A stretch of 63,990 bases of DNA, counting the filler, from Malassezia furfur (lineage: Eukaryota): NCBI GenBank assembly GCA_052055015.1. It is 3 parts of 3 records of this genome, joined end to end, with 100 filler letters (N's around TTAATTAATTAA, not from the genome) between each part and the next. Parts side by side here need not be neighbours in the genome. Positions count along the whole stretch, not along the records: positions 1 to 21,734 come from JBQJIT010000166.1; 2 more parts are not named here. One strand, written 5' to 3'. Position 1 is the first letter of the stretch; each line of letters opens with the position of its first letter. Made by a program: the position numbers and the translations under genes. Under the pieces are notes generated by a model. That model saw nothing but the letters and a program-made list of their open reading frames with translations. It searched no databases and was not told the origin of the DNA. Shown in pieces: positions 1 to 11,528 of the stretch.

Positions 1-443
1 CCACGCGCCCGACCGAGCCGCCCCAGCGGCCCACGCGCAGCGAGGCACGCACCCATGCCACAGCACCGCGCCCCAAGCCGCCGCCGCTCGCGCCGCTCGA
101 GGTGTCGCCCACCACGACGTTCTGGGCGCCCGAGACGCCGCTCACGCCGCGGTCCACGACTTCGTCCGCCGCTCCGCGGACCCCACAGCGGTCTTCTGTG
201 CACCACGCAAGCAACGCGAGCATCTGGGAAACGCCGCGGTCGTCGGTCACGAGCGCTCGCTCGTACCACGATGAGGCTCACGCGTCGCCCGACCGTGCTT
301 CACAACGCGACAGCTACCGCCGATCGAGTCCAGGCCACTCGCTCTTCCGCGACGCACGTACGTCGTTTAGCTCGACGTCGGGCGCCTCCATCTACCGCGA
401 CGCACGCGCATCGACCGACTCGTACGCGGACGGCGCACCATAG
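1..443 (+). CDS. 3' end of a Ser/Thr/Pro/Arg-rich protein (5' truncated by window edge), unidentified
   Basis: Open frame from nt 3 to TAG at 441-443 (...VSPTTTFWAPETPLTPRS...SYADGAP*); low complexity, no family recognised. Confidence 0.45.
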   Translation, partial: TRPTEPPQRPTRSEARTHATAPRPKPPPLAPLEVSPTTTFWAPETPLTPRSTTSSAAPRTPQRSSVHHASNASIWETPRSSVTSARSYHDEAHASPDRASQRDSYRRSSPGHSLFRDARTSFSSTSGASIYRDARASTDSYADGAP

Positions 444-505
444 CGTGCCATAGCCAGCACCGGCGCCCTGCAACGCACGCCGTGTGGAGGTCGCTGCGCC
501 TCGCG

Positions 506-1188
506 ATGCACGACGACGCGTGCGTGCGCCCCGCCCCGGGCACGGCCCCGGCGCCGCATGCACGCGACTACATTCAGACCACGGCCACCGGCAATGCCAT
601 CTCGCGTCGCGCCGCCATTTACGGCGCCGCCCATATCGTACTCGGCGGAAAATGCATCGTCGAGCACCGCGCCGTGATCCGCGGCGACCTCACGCGCGCG
701 CTTCGCGCCGAGGACGCGGAGCGGTCCGGCACCTCGATGGCCATCTCCATGGGGCGCTACGGGTGCGTGGGCGAACGCGCCATCCTGCGGCCCCCGAGCA
801 AGATTTACCAAGGGTACGTTGCTCATCCCTCACGCAAGCCATTTCTCCTACTTTCCGCAGCGCATCGGTGACTACGTATACATCGGTGCACGCGCCGTGG
901 TGGAGGCATCACAGATTGGCAGCTACGTCGAGATTGGCGAGGACTGCGTCGTGGTACGTAGGCCGGACTCACCCCCAGGGACCTTCGTGCGTGATCCGCG
1001 ACTGTGCCGTTCTCCTGCCCGGCGCCGTACTCGCACCAGAGACGGTCGTACCGAGTCTGTCCATATTTGGTGGTGCGCCCGCCCAGTTTGTCGCGCCCCT
1101 TCTCGAGTCGTTCCAGGAGGACTGTGAGGATCGCGCCCGCGGCGCCTACGGCGCCTTTCCAGCCGCCCTCGCTCCACGCCGCTCGTAA
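506..1188 (+). CDS. DCTN5: Dynactin subunit p25 (left-handed beta-helix); introns 814-838 and 954-978 (25 nt each)
   Basis: YIQTTATGNAISRRAAIYG..HIVLGGKCIV..IRGDL, RPPSKIYQGHFSYFPQRIGDYVYIG, VIRDCAVL..ETVVPSLSIFGGAPA. Removing the two GTACGT..CTCAC..AG introns joins three ORF-track frames. Confidence 0.9.
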
Positions 1189-1235
1189 ATTGTAGCCATT
1201 TCTCCACACTCCACCTTAGCCTACGCTCCGCCCTC

Positions 1236-2666
1236 ATGACGTCGACGTCGCCGGCGGCCGTGCGCCTGCCGTCGCTGCTGGACACGGATGTGTACAAGCT
1301 GACGATGCAACAGGCTGTCCTCAAGCATTTCCCTGACGCCAAGGTCACTTGTACGTCGGCGCGCACTCACCACAGACCGGTTCACGAACCGATCCAAGGA
1401 GATGCAATTCACGCAGCGCGCCGTCGAGTTGATCGAGCAGGGCATTCACCGTACGCGCACAACTCACTGACGCAGACCTTGGCGACCTGCGCATGACTCC
1501 AGATGAACTCGATTGGCTGCGCACCGCTTGCCCGTACTTTCAGCAACCCTATCTCGACTTCCTACAGACGTTCCAGCTGCAGCCGACCGACGAGGTGCAG
1601 GTGCGCTTCGTGCCCGGCACGCAAGAGAGCAACGGCGAGCGCATGGGCGACCTGGAAATTACCATCAAGGGCCTCTGGTCGCACGTCATCTTGTACGAGG
1701 TGCCCGTTATGGCCATTATCAGCGAGACCTTTTTCCGTACGGTCGACACCGACTGGACGTCTGAGGGCCAGCGCGAGCAGGCCGCACGTAAAGCATCTAC
1801 TCTCCTCACGAACGGAATTATGCTGTCCGAGTTTGGCACGCGCCGCCGCCGCTCGCTCGCGACGCACGAGGTGGTCATCCAGGGGCTGCTTGACGCCCAG
1901 GCACAGCTCGCCCACACGCCGCACACGGGCCGTGTGCTGGGCACCAGCAACGTGTTGCTGGCCAAAAAGTTTGGGCTCGCGCCCGTGGGCACGGTGGCGC
2001 ACGAGTGGACGATGGGCATCGCCGCGATTGGCGGCTACGAACACAGCAACTTGCGCGCACTGCAGCTGTGGGGCGATGTGTATGCTCCGCCGGCGTTTAC
2101 GCCGCAGCGGCCGAGCGAGGATCTGACGATTGCACTCACAGACACGTTCAGCACGCGCGTGTTCTGGGACGATCTCTTGTCCTGCGACAAGGGAATCGAA
2201 ATGCTGCGCCGCTGGCGCGGCGTGCGGCAGGACAGCGGCGACTCACGCGTGTTTGTGCGGCACGCGCTCGACGTTTACCAACGCATCGGTGTCGACCCAC
2301 GGAAAAAACTCGTGATCTTCTCCGACGGTACGTTTGTCGCTCACTTACGCGCCAGGCCTCAATGTCGACAAATGTCTGGAGCTGCAACAGTACGCGCGCG
2401 AGGTTGGCATCCAAGCCGGGTTCGGTGTCGGGACGCACCTCACCAACGACTTCCACAAGGCATCCAATCCGCAAGAAAAGAGCCGTGCGCTCAACATCGT
2501 GCTCAAAATCAGCTCGATTAACGGCCACCCCACGGTCAAGATTAGCGACGAGCTCACCAAGAACACGGGCGACGCCGACGAGATTGCGTACGTGCACCGA
2601 CTGACGATCAGCTTTGTCAAGCGCCGCTTTGGTCTCGAGGGTCAAGAGTCGGTAGAAGACGCATAA
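1236..2666 (+). CDS. NPT1: Nicotinate phosphoribosyltransferase; introns 1351-1375, 1451-1475, 2328-2355, probable in-frame 2588-2611
   Basis: SLLDTDVYKLTMQQAV, YRFTNR, EFGTRRRRS, GTSNV, GTVAHEW, ALTDTF, GVRQDSGD, IFSDGL, FGVGTHLTND, VKISDELTKNTGD. Confidence 0.95.
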
Positions 2667-2697
2667 TTATACAACACACGGGCGAACTATGTCCGGC

Positions 2698-3212
2698 CTA
2701 GGCCAGTTCCTCGCAAGGGCACATGCCGAGCATCGCGACGACTGCGGTGAGTATGCCACATACACTTGCGGTACTCGAAGCGCTTGCAGGTCCGATCCAG
2801 GTAGGCGGGCACGAGCAGCTTATCGATCTGGGTCAGTTGGTCCACGTACCGCCTCTTGGTCTCCGGCCAAGATTTCGCGCACGGTCGCGACGTCGACAAA
2901 CCCTTCGTCGCGCTCATCAAAGCTCTCGAATGCGTCAAGCAGCTTGCGGGCATCGCTAAGCGCACCCATATGGTTGCCCATCATGGTCAGAAAACTGGTC
3001 GCATCCAGGCCGCGGTCCGACAACTGCGTACCGACCACGTCGGGGCTCAGGTACGCCGGCACCTCGGCCGCTGCGTCCTTGGTCCCAAGGCTACGCAGCG
3101 TCTTGTTCACATCGTCTGGACTAATGTAATTGTCTTCGTCGCGATCCACGGCGTAAAACACGCGCTGGAGCTGCTTAATCTGCGCCGGCGACAGGCTCTC
3201 CAGACCCGACAT
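2698..3212 (-). CDS. EF-hand myosin regulatory light chain-like protein; introns 2828-2849 and 2742-2763 (22 nt each)
   Basis: QIKQLQRVFYAVDRDEDNYIS, FLTMMG, LLDAFESFDERDEGFVD; splicing gives the C-terminus ..RFEYRKFVAMLG.., typical of RLC/calmodulin-like proteins. Confidence 0.8.
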
Positions 3213-3239
3213 AGGCGCGATGGAGCAACAAGTGTTGTT

Positions 3240-3247
3240 GTCACGTG
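3240..3247 (+). promoter_or_regulatory. GTCACGTG (Cbf1/bHLH E-box) in the 62-nt divergent promoter between the RLC gene and ORF 3275
   Basis: Exact RTCACGTG match; the same motif recurs in other divergent gaps. Confidence 0.55.
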
Positions 3248-3274
3248 CGCCGACGGTCCTTGCGAGCGCTCCTC

Positions 3275-4300
3275 ATGTTGCTGCCCGTGACACCCGGGCG
3301 GTCGTCGCCGTGGCGTACGCCGCAGAGCGCGGCGCGTAGGATGCAGAACACGGGTCGAAGTGCAGGGCGAGGGACCGGATCCTCCCCGAGCCTGGTTGCG
3401 CCTGGATCAGGTGCCATCGAGGCTGCCTCGCCCACGTCGATCGCGGTGCGTCCTGCGGCGCCGACAACGGTCGCACCAGCGGCACCGCTGTCAACCACGC
3501 CGGCAGTGCCCGCTGCATCTGTGGCCGTGGAAAAACCCAATGTGACCAGTAATCCGCCGTCCGCGGCGCCCGAGAAGCGTGCGCCATCTGCGCGCGTGCA
3601 AATGACGCCGGCGACGGCGCAGCGTCGCGCGTCGTGGAATGCTGCGGCGCTGCTTCTTCTGTACGGTGTACCTGCCGTGTGGCCGCGGCTACTGGATGTA
3701 TATTATGATGTGCTCGAGATGGTGGTTGAGCTCGGCAAGCTGCCGCCTGACGCCGACGAACTGATCGATACGGTACTAGTGTGGATGCGGTATGCCATCA
3801 CCATTGTGTTTGTGCTGAACCTTGCTGAGGCACTCATGGTGCGTGCACCGCCTGCGACAATCGAGGCGCGCCCGACCGAGGTCGGCGCGGCGTTTGCGCG
3901 GAGCGTGTCGAGCGGCTCGCCGCTAACGCGACCCGATGTGCCGCTGAAGCGGAAACCGAGCGGCGTGCCGAGCCCCGTGACGCCTGCGTCGCCCGTGTCT
4001 GGCTCTCCGGCGCGCTCGCCGTCGCTGCGTGCCGAGTCGCCGTACGGGCGTGCGTCGGCTGCGTCGCCGTACGCGTTGGGTCGCGGGCGGCCGTCGACCC
4101 CTTTTTCCGCACGCGTACCGTCCGGCGCAACGGCGCGGCGCACTCCGAGCCACAAGGACGTGTTTGCGGGGCGCAGTGTGAGCCGCTCCTCTCCCGGGCA
4201 TACACATTCGCCGCGCGCACGCACCGAGCTGGGTACGTGGGTGGTGGCTGACCTAGATGATGCACATGAAGTTGAGCTGGCATTGCAGCAGCTACGCTAA
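3275..4300 (+). CDS. Two-TM protein with S/P/R-rich flanks, possibly nuclear-envelope associated; probable in-frame intron 4233-4256
   Basis: Long ORF with two hydrophobic segments (NAAALLLLYGVPAVW; WMRYAITIVFVLNLAEAL) and many SP/TP sites; family not confidently recognised. Confidence 0.55.
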   Translation: MLLPVTPGRSSPWRTPQSAARRMQNTGRSAGRGTGSSPSLVAPGSGAIEAASPTSIAVRPAAPTTVAPAAPLSTTPAVPAASVAVEKPNVTSNPPSAAPEKRAPSARVQMTPATAQRRASWNAAALLLLYGVPAVWPRLLDVYYDVLEMVVELGKLPPDADELIDTVLVWMRYAITIVFVLNLAEALMVRAPPATIEARPTEVGAAFARSVSSGSPLTRPDVPLKRKPSGVPSPVTPASPVSGSPARSPSLRAESPYGRASAASPYALGRGRPSTPFSARVPSGATARRTPSHKDVFAGRSVSRSSPGHTHSPRARTELGTWVVADLDDAHEVELALQQLR

Positions 4301-4323
4301 GGGGCAAAAGAGGGTATCGAAGC

Positions 4324-4890
4324 CTATAGGGTCAAGTTGTATTCGTAGTCGCTCTCCACGCGCTGGCTGAACCACAGGATCACGGCGCAGGCCATGATCA
4401 AGAGATTCTGCACGACACCCGCAACGCCGAGCTCGATGAATCCCTCGGCATGCGTGTTTGCAAGGTACTTGATGATGAGCACGGCCATGCTGCCCGCCAT
4501 GCCGCCGGCGAGGAAGGCGAAGCCGATAAAGAGCCACATGCGCGTGCGCCAGAGGATGGGGTCTTCGTTCCACGACCCGCTCTGCAGCGCACCATCGTCC
4601 AGCAAGTACTGCTTGTTGATCATGTTGACGATGATGAGCCCCGTCGTGGTGCACAGGCCCGACACCCAGTCGTCGAACTTGATGGCGACTTCGGGCGGGT
4701 GGAAGGGGACGCCCTCGGGCGGCGGCCGGTGGAGCTGGTGGGAGCGCACGCATGCGTCAAAGAAGATCCACCAGCCTGCGGCAAAGAGCGCGCCGCTCGC
4801 ATACACGCCAAACGCACGCCGGTTGGTGCGCAGCAAGAGGGGCAGGTTGGGCAGCCGCACGCGGCACACACGCCGCGTCTCGCTCCGCAT
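4324..4890 (-). CDS. VPS68: Vps68/TMEM50 (UPF0220) endosomal membrane protein
   Basis: YASGALFAAGWWIFFDA, FDDWVSGLCTTTGLIIVNMI, WLFIGFAFLAGG, ESDYEYNLTL*. Confidence 0.9.
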   Translation of the reverse strand: MRSETRRVCRVRLPNLPLLLRTNRRAFGVYASGALFAAGWWIFFDACVRSHQLHRPPPEGVPFHPPEVAIKFDDWVSGLCTTTGLIIVNMINKQYLLDDGALQSGSWNEDPILWRTRMWLFIGFAFLAGGMAGSMAVLIIKYLANTHAEGFIELGVAGVVQNLLIMACAVILWFSQRVESDYEYNLTL

Positions 4891-4945
4891 TGTGGACGAC
4901 AGGAGGGCCCGTGTGGCTTACGTCAGCCCTTTGTCGTCGACCGCC

Positions 4946-7333
4946 ATGGTGCGCGTAATTGTCAAGGGCGGCGTGTGGAAGAATGTGCGTAGCAGCTGGC
5001 TGACGGGTAGACCGAGGACGAGATCCTCAAGGCGGCCGTGTCCAAATATGGGAAGAATGTAGGTGGTGTGACTCACACAGCAATGGGCACGTATCTCGTC
5101 GCTGCTTGTGCGCAAGTCGCCGAAGCAGTGCAAGGCGCGCTGGTACGAGTGGCTCGACCCGTCGATCAAGAAGATTGAGTGGTCCAAGGAGGAGGATGAA
5201 AAGCTGCTGCACCTTGCGAAGCTGATGCCGACACAATGGCGCACCATTGCGCCGATTGTGGGCCGCACCGCGACACAATGCCTGGAGCGCTACCAGCAGC
5301 TGCTCGACGAGGCAGATGCGATGCACGACCCGCTCGGCCTGGCGGGCCCCGGCGCGGAGACGGCGCCGAGTGCCGACGACGTACGTCGCCTGCGCCCCGG
5401 CGAGATCGACCCCGACCCCGAGACAAAGCCGGCTCGCCCCGATGCGGTCGACATGGACGAGGAGGAGAAGGAGATGCTGTCCGAAGCGCGTGCGCGTCTG
5501 GCCAACACCGAGGGCAAGAAGGCCAAGCGCAAGGCGCGCGAGCGTGCGCTTGAGGAGGCACGCCGCCTCGCGACGCTGCAAAAGCGGCGCGAGATGAAGG
5601 TTGCGGGCATCTACGCGCGACCAAACAAGAAGGAAAAGTTTCACATCAACTACAGCGCGGAGATCCCGTTTGAGAAGCAGCCCGCGCCCGGGTTCTATGA
5701 TACCACGGAGGAGAATGCGCGCACGTTTGACGCGCCGCTCGGGCGCACGATCGGCTCGATGGAGTCCAACGGCCGCGACGTCGAACAGGAGAAGCGCAAG
5801 CGCGAGGCCAAGCAGCCTAAGCAACCCAAGCACGACGACGCCTTGCGCCGGCTCCTGGAAGAAGAGGTAGTGACGAAGCGGCGCAAGCTGCAGCTCCCCG
5901 AGGCGCACGTGGGCGACCGCGAGCTGGAGCAGATCGTCAAGCTTGGCCAAGCGGGCAACGCCGCGCGCGAGCTCGTCGAGGGCGACGCCGGCGCGCCGAC
6001 CGACGGCTTGCTCGGCGAGTACGCCACGATGGAGCCGCCCGAGACGCCCGTCGCGGCGCCCAGCTCGTCGTCCCACGATGCTCTGCTTCGTGAGGCGCAC
6101 AACCTCAAGCGCCGCACCGAGACCCAGACGCCGCTGCTCGGCGACGATAATGCCGCACTGCTCGAGACGCCGAGCGCGCGTGCGGCGCCGACGCCCGGTG
6201 CACCCGGCGCGACGCCACGCACGGCCATCGGCGCGACGCCTGGCGCGACGCCGTACCGCGACACGCTCGGGCTCAACGCCGAGCCGAGCACACCGCGCAC
6301 GGAGCGGGCGGCACAGCGTGTCGCGAAGCACAACCTGATTGCGGCACTGCATGCGCTTCCACGCCCCAAGAACGACTTTGAGCTGGTCGTTGACGCCGGC
6401 GAGGCGCAGGCCGACGTGCCATCCAAGCGCACCGTCGAAGAGGATGCGGCGGAACGCGATGCGCGACTGGCGCGCGAGGCGGAGGAGGAGCGCCAGCGTG
6501 AGTTTGCGCGGCGGTCGCAGGCGGTGCAGCGTGACCTGCCGCGGCCGCTCGAGGTCGACGCGGCGGCGCTCACCGCGGAGCTGGCAAGCCTCGAGCCGGA
6601 CGCGGTGCAGCGCGAGATCGATGCCGAGATGGTTGCGCTGATGGCGCACGATGCGCGGCTCTACCCTCAGCCCGGCTGCCGGCTGCCGGGCGGCGCCGTG
6701 TCGCGCCTCGCGCCGGTCGACGATGCGGCGCTCGACGAGGCGCGGCAGCTGGTGCACGGCGAGCTGGCCGAGCAGCTGGGCTTCCCTGGTGCGCGGCCCG
6801 AGGCGCTCGCGGCGCTCATGCGCGACCAGGCCGATGCGCTCGATGCGCCGCTCGCGGCGGTGCGTGCGGCGTCCGTGTGGAGCACCGAGCGCAACACGTG
6901 GGTCCTGCGCGAGGACCTGGGCCTCTCGGAGGTGGTGCGGATGCATGCGACGCACCTCGATGCGCTGCGTACGCGCATGCAGGAGCAGGCAGCGGCGGCG
7001 GCCAAGGCCGAAAAGACGCTCGGCAAGCTGCTGGGCGGCTACCAGGCGCGCTCTAAGAAGCTGGCGGGCGAGATTACTTCCGCCGCGCAGGCACACACCG
7101 AGGCGTCGCTGAGCCTCGCGGCGTTTGAGCGCCTCGCGCTCGGCGAGCAGGGCGCGGCGCGCGACCGCCTCGAGCGCATCCAGGAGGCCGTTGGGCACCT
7201 GCAGCGCACCGAGGCTGCGGCGCAGGCCGAGTACCGCGACTTGGACGCACGGCGTGCCGAGGCGCAAGAGGCCTACGAAGCGCTCCAGACCGAGCTCGAT
7301 ATGCGCCGCGCCGAGCAGGCCCTCATGGCGTGA
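4946..7333 (+). CDS. CEF1: Myb-domain splicing factor Cef1/Cdc5; introns 4985-5010 (26 nt) and 5059-5080 (22 nt)
   Basis: Spliced N-terminus [88 protein letters not shown]. Confidence 0.97.
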
Positions 7334-7381
7334 TAGCTATGTAGCCCGTGTACAAAAGTTGGCTCTATGTGCGCTCGGTGC

Positions 7382-8617
7382 CTACACCGATGTCTCGCCG
7401 AGCAGCTGCGTGAGAAGCGCCACGGCGCGCGCGTTCTCCTCGGGCGTGCCGACCGAGATGCGCAGGCAGCCTGCGCACCCCAGCTCAGCGCTGCGGTTCC
7501 GCACCATGAGCCCGTGCTTCTGCGCCATGGCATGGTAGACGTCGCTCGCGCGCTCGCTGCTTGGCTCGCCGTCACGCAGCACCTGCACCAGCACAAAGTT
7601 GGCGTCGTTGTTGCCGAGCACGCGCCCGAGGTTCGGGACACCGCCGAGCGCCTCGATGAGCTGGCGCCGGTTCTCGATAAGGGTGCGCGTGCACGCACGC
7701 ATCTTGGCAATGCCCTCGGCAGAGAGCGCCTGCGCGGCAAAGTAGGCCGATGGCGCAGAGATCGAGTAGGGCGCCTTGGTGTTGTTCATGATCTGGATCG
7801 TGGGCGGCTGGGCGAACGCCACACCGAGGCGCACACCGGCCAGACCGAACGACTTGGACAGCGTCTGGGATACCACCAGGTTGGCATACGACGGCACGAG
7901 GTCCACCGCCGAGATCGACTCGCCGACGTACCGCAGACCCATCGCCTGCTCCTCGAGCGGGAAATCGATGTACGCCTCGTCGACGACCACGAGGCCGTTG
8001 TAGTCGGGGCAGTCGAGCACTGCCTGCACCGACTCGCGCGAGAGCAGCGAACCCGTTGGGTTGCCAGGCGAGCACAAGAAGACCATCTTGATCGACGGGT
8101 CGGTGCGCAGCGCCTCGAGCACCTTGGGCACATCGACCGCGAACGACGTGCCGTCGAGAATGAGCGGAACACTGACGAGGCCTACGTCGTTCACCGCGGC
8201 ACTCACCTTGTACATAGGATAAGTCGGGGGGCAGATAAGCACCTTATCGTGCTCGGGGCGCGCAAAGCAGCGGAAGAGAAGGTCAATCACCTCGTCGGAG
8301 CCGACGCCCAGGAAGGTGAACGCGTCGTCCGGCATGCCGCGCAGCTGCGTAATCGCGCGGCGCGTGCCCATGAGGTCTGGCGCAGGGTAGCGGTGCAAAT
8401 CCATGCGCGCTGCAAGCTCGCTCGGCTCGCCGAGCATGGGGCCGTACGAGTTTTCGTTCGCATCAAGCAGCACATTGACCTGAAAGTCGTCGCGCACCGT
8501 GTGGTATGGCTGGAGCGAGAGAATGTTGGGGCGCACGATGCGCTCTAGGTCAAAGTGCTCCGGCTTGTGCGCCGTGCACAGCGCGTTCGCACGCGCGTTC
8601 ACGCCGAGGATGGTCAT
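7382..8617 (-). CDS. HIS5: Histidinol-phosphate aminotransferase
   Basis: LLDANENSYG, GVGSDEVID, PPTYPMY, CSPGNPTG, VVDEAYIDF, TLSKSFGLAGVRLG, LRISVGTPEEN. Confidence 0.95.
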   Translation of the reverse strand: MTILGVNARANALCTAHKPEHFDLERIVRPNILSLQPYHTVRDDFQVNVLLDANENSYGPMLGEPSELAARMDLHRYPAPDLMGTRRAITQLRGMPDDAFTFLGVGSDEVIDLLFRCFARPEHDKVLICPPTYPMYKVSAAVNDVGLVSVPLILDGTSFAVDVPKVLEALRTDPSIKMVFLCSPGNPTGSLLSRESVQAVLDCPDYNGLVVVDEAYIDFPLEEQAMGLRYVGESISAVDLVPSYANLVVSQTLSKSFGLAGVRLGVAFAQPPTIQIMNNTKAPYSISAPSAYFAAQALSAEGIAKMRACTRTLIENRRQLIEALGGVPNLGRVLGNNDANFVLVQVLRDGEPSSERASDVYHAMAQKHGLMVRNRSAELGCAGCLRISVGTPEENARAVALLTQLLGETSV

Positions 8618-8631
8618 CAGAAGAGTCACAC

Positions 8632-8639
8632 GTCACGTG
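8632..8639 (+). promoter_or_regulatory. GTCACGTG in the 43-nt divergent promoter HIS5/MED17
   Basis: Exact RTCACGTG match. Confidence 0.55.
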
Positions 8640-8660
8640 CACGGCGCACGGTTCTCGACC

Positions 8661-10473
8661 ATGGCCGCGTCGTCGCGCGTGCGCCTCGCACTGGAGCGCG
8701 TGCTCCATGCGCCGCTCACGGACGAGGCACAGGATGCGCACGATACTTTGTTACTGCGCGAGGCGGAACTGCTCGATATTCTTGCGAGCGGCGAGCCCGT
8801 TCACGCGGAAAAGCAGACACCGCTCGAGGCGCGGCGGCAGGTGCGCCTGCAGATGTGGGCCGAGCGCGGTGACTTTTCGGCGCTGCATGCCGCGGACCTT
8901 GCGCCTGAGAACAAAGAGACACAGAGCGCGCTCGAACAGCTGCGTGCACTGCGCCGCGAGGCGTCCCCGGCACCGACCGCCGCGCCGATCCAGGCCGGGA
9001 CCATTGCCGAGTCGGAGTTTTTTCCGCTGCGCGACCGCATGCTGCACCAGCTCGAGATGGCGCTGTTCAATGCCGAGCAGGCTCAGAATCTGCTAGGCAT
9101 GCTCATTCACAATGCGCGTGCTCAGGTCGCACCAGGCAGCGACCTGACGACGGTGCTTGCAGCGCAGCCTGAATACTTCCTTGAGCCGCAGACCGTTTCG
9201 CTCAGTGCGCTCGCCAAGCCGCAGGAGGACGCGGAGCCCGAATCTGCAGCAGACTCTGCGCCACTGCATGAACGCAAGCTACTCTTAGAGCAAAAAGAAC
9301 AGTCGCTGCGCCGCTGCGCCGACATCCTCGCGAGCGGCGCTATGGAACTGCGCAAGAGCGCTCCGTCGGAGCGGGCACGCTGGTCAGCGCTGAGTGCGAT
9401 CCTAAAGCGCGGCTGGAAGCTCACGCCGGGGCGCCCGCTCGTGGACATGGAACGTTTCGATATGGCCGGACGCCGCACCAACGTCTTGGACGGCTTCGGC
9501 ACTCCCGTGCTCCAGGGCAGCGGCGCGCTCAACGAGGAAGGCGCGCGCGATGCATGGATTGGATACGGTCCTGCTGAGGCGCCCATCTCGCTGTTTCAGC
9601 GTACGCTGGCGTACTGGGCCGAGGCGAGTGATGACCACAGCGCACGCCTCGCCTTTCCTGACCGAGCGTGGCGGCAGCTGCGCGTCACGTTCCAGACCAC
9701 CGACAAGAGCAAGCGATGGGTGAGCAGTGCTCGTGTTCCCGACGCCGAGGCGTCGCTCGATGCGCAACTGTGCGATGCACAGCGCGACGCGGTCGATTCG
9801 CAGCTCTTCCATGACCTGGCTGCACACTCGGGTACGCTGTCGCCCGTGTTGGCGCACGTCGTGAGCGAGTCAAGCATCACGCTACCGCTCTCGTCCGGAT
9901 TGGAGCTGGAGATTGCGCTTGTGCCCCAGGACGCGGTGGAGGCCGAGGACGAAGCTTCGCCGCACGCGTCGCTGCTGCTCGCGGTGCTCCGGCTGCGGAT
10001 GCTGCGCAGTTGGACGCAGCGCATCGATGCGCAACGGAGTGCGCGCATCAATGCGCGGCAGCCGCCGCCGCGCGTGGATCTGATGGCGCCGTTGTGGCGC
10101 TTGTACCAATATACCCTGGTACGTAACCGCACTGACGCAGTACCTTTCGCGGCTCCGTGCGGTGCTGGACCGTGTTGTGGACGCACATGCAGATGCGACG
10201 TACGTGTGGAAGCCTTACGAGATGTTGGCCGACGTGCGGACGTGGCTGGTGTCGCTGCTGGACCTCGCGAGCGAGGCCGGGGCAGACCCCGCCTGTGGGG
10301 GCACCGTCCTGATCTACCGTGGCTCCAGCCTCGTGGCGCAGCTCGTGCTTCGTGCGCCTAGCCACCTGCTCGCCTTTTTTCCGCAGCACCAGACGCTCGC
10401 GAGCACCGGTGTGCGCCTCCCGCTGGAACTGGGTCAGCTCGAGGCGCGCCTCAGTGCGGAGCTCCGACCATAG
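8661..10473 (+). CDS. MED17: Mediator subunit Med17/Srb4; intron 10119-10140 (22 nt)
   Basis: RDRMLHQLEMALFNAEQAQNLLGML, SLRRCADILASGAMEL..ERARWSAL..GWKL, DAQRDAVDSQLFHDL resemble Med17 blocks; the intron joins ORF 8499 to ORF 10162. Confidence 0.7.
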
Positions 10474-10513
10474 ACCTCCACTTGATCCACGACCTCCTCA
10501 CTACCCCTACCTC

Positions 10514-11018
10514 ATGCGATTCGGCCTGCTGTGGACTGCGCTGGCGTGCGCCGGCCTTGCCGGCGTCGCGGCCAAGGAGCCGCCCAAGATGATGCAGATT
10601 GGTACCAAGTTTAAGCCGGAAAAGTGCGAGTATCGCACACAGCGTGGAGACGAGCTGGTGATGTACGTACTACCCTGGCTTACACTAGGCAATACACGGG
10701 CAAGCTATGGGACGGCACGAAGTTTGACTCGTCGTACGACCACGGACAGCCATTTGTACGTACAGGCGCGGGCGCAGCGTGCTAACGCAGACCTTTACGC
10801 TTGGCATTGGCCAGGTGATCCGTGGCTGGGACGAAGGCCTGCGCGAGATGTGCATCGGCGAAAAGCGCCGCCTGCTGCTGCCGCCGCACTTTGCGTATGG
10901 CCCCAAGGGTGCCGGGAGTGTAATCCCGCCGGATGCGTCGCTCGTGTTTGACGTTGAGCTGCTCGACATCCAGGGCCCACGCATCACCGCGAGCAAGGTT
11001 ATGCACAAGGAGCTGTAG
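10514..11018 (+). CDS. FPR2: ER FKBP-type peptidyl-prolyl isomerase (Fpr2/FKBP13); introns 10663-10688, 10756-10790
   Basis: Signal peptide, [65 protein letters not shown]-terminal HKEL. Confidence 0.9.
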
Positions 11019-11026
11019 ACACCTAT

Positions 11027-11466
11027 TTAGGTACGCTGGGCGCGCGCGCCACGCCCCCGTCCCCGCTGTGCATCGCCACGCCCGCGCCCGTCGCGGTTGT
11101 GCCCCGCAGCGGCCTGGCGCTGCTTGCGCGCGTGTTCTTCGGACTCGCGCACAGCGTCGATCAGGGCATCTGCAACGCGGCAGTACTTGATCTGTGTGAG
11201 CGCAGGACGACCTACCGTGCTGCCCTTGATATAGCACTCTTCCATCTTCCAGAACTGCTCGCCGCTGGCGCTGGTCTGGTACACGTCCTTGAGCGTGATG
11301 TTCATAAAGTTGTCACACGCCTGAAGGTTGCCGTTGAACGTCTCGCCGTTCTTGAGCTCCACGAGCTGTGTAAGTGGAACGCGCACGTACAATCGGCTTG
11401 TTTTGTGCCGCATTCAGCAGCGTGAGGGGAAGCTGGTGTCAGTGCGTGCGCACGCCCACGTACCAT
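11027..11466 (-). CDS. LSM4: U6 snRNA-associated Sm-like protein Lsm4; introns 11433-11463, 11366-11390, 11192-11215
   Basis: Spliced [59 protein letters not shown], RG-rich tail; the first coding exon is the ATG only. Confidence 0.95.
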
Positions 11467-11504
11467 GCTGGTGCGATCCGAGGCCCCTCCGCCGACGCGT
11501 TGCG

Positions 11505-11512
11505 CACGTGAC
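11505..11512 (-). promoter_or_regulatory. GTCACGTG (reverse) in the 62-nt divergent promoter LSM4/NAB2
   Basis: CACGTGAC on the + strand. Confidence 0.55.
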
Positions 11513-11528
11513 CTGTCTCTCCGCCACG

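Noticed and set aside
484..2666. Apparent frameshifts/pseudogenes or programmed frameshifting in DCTN5, NPT1 and many other genes
   Set aside because: Each frame change coincides with a GT..branch..AG micro-intron whose removal restores conserved motifs
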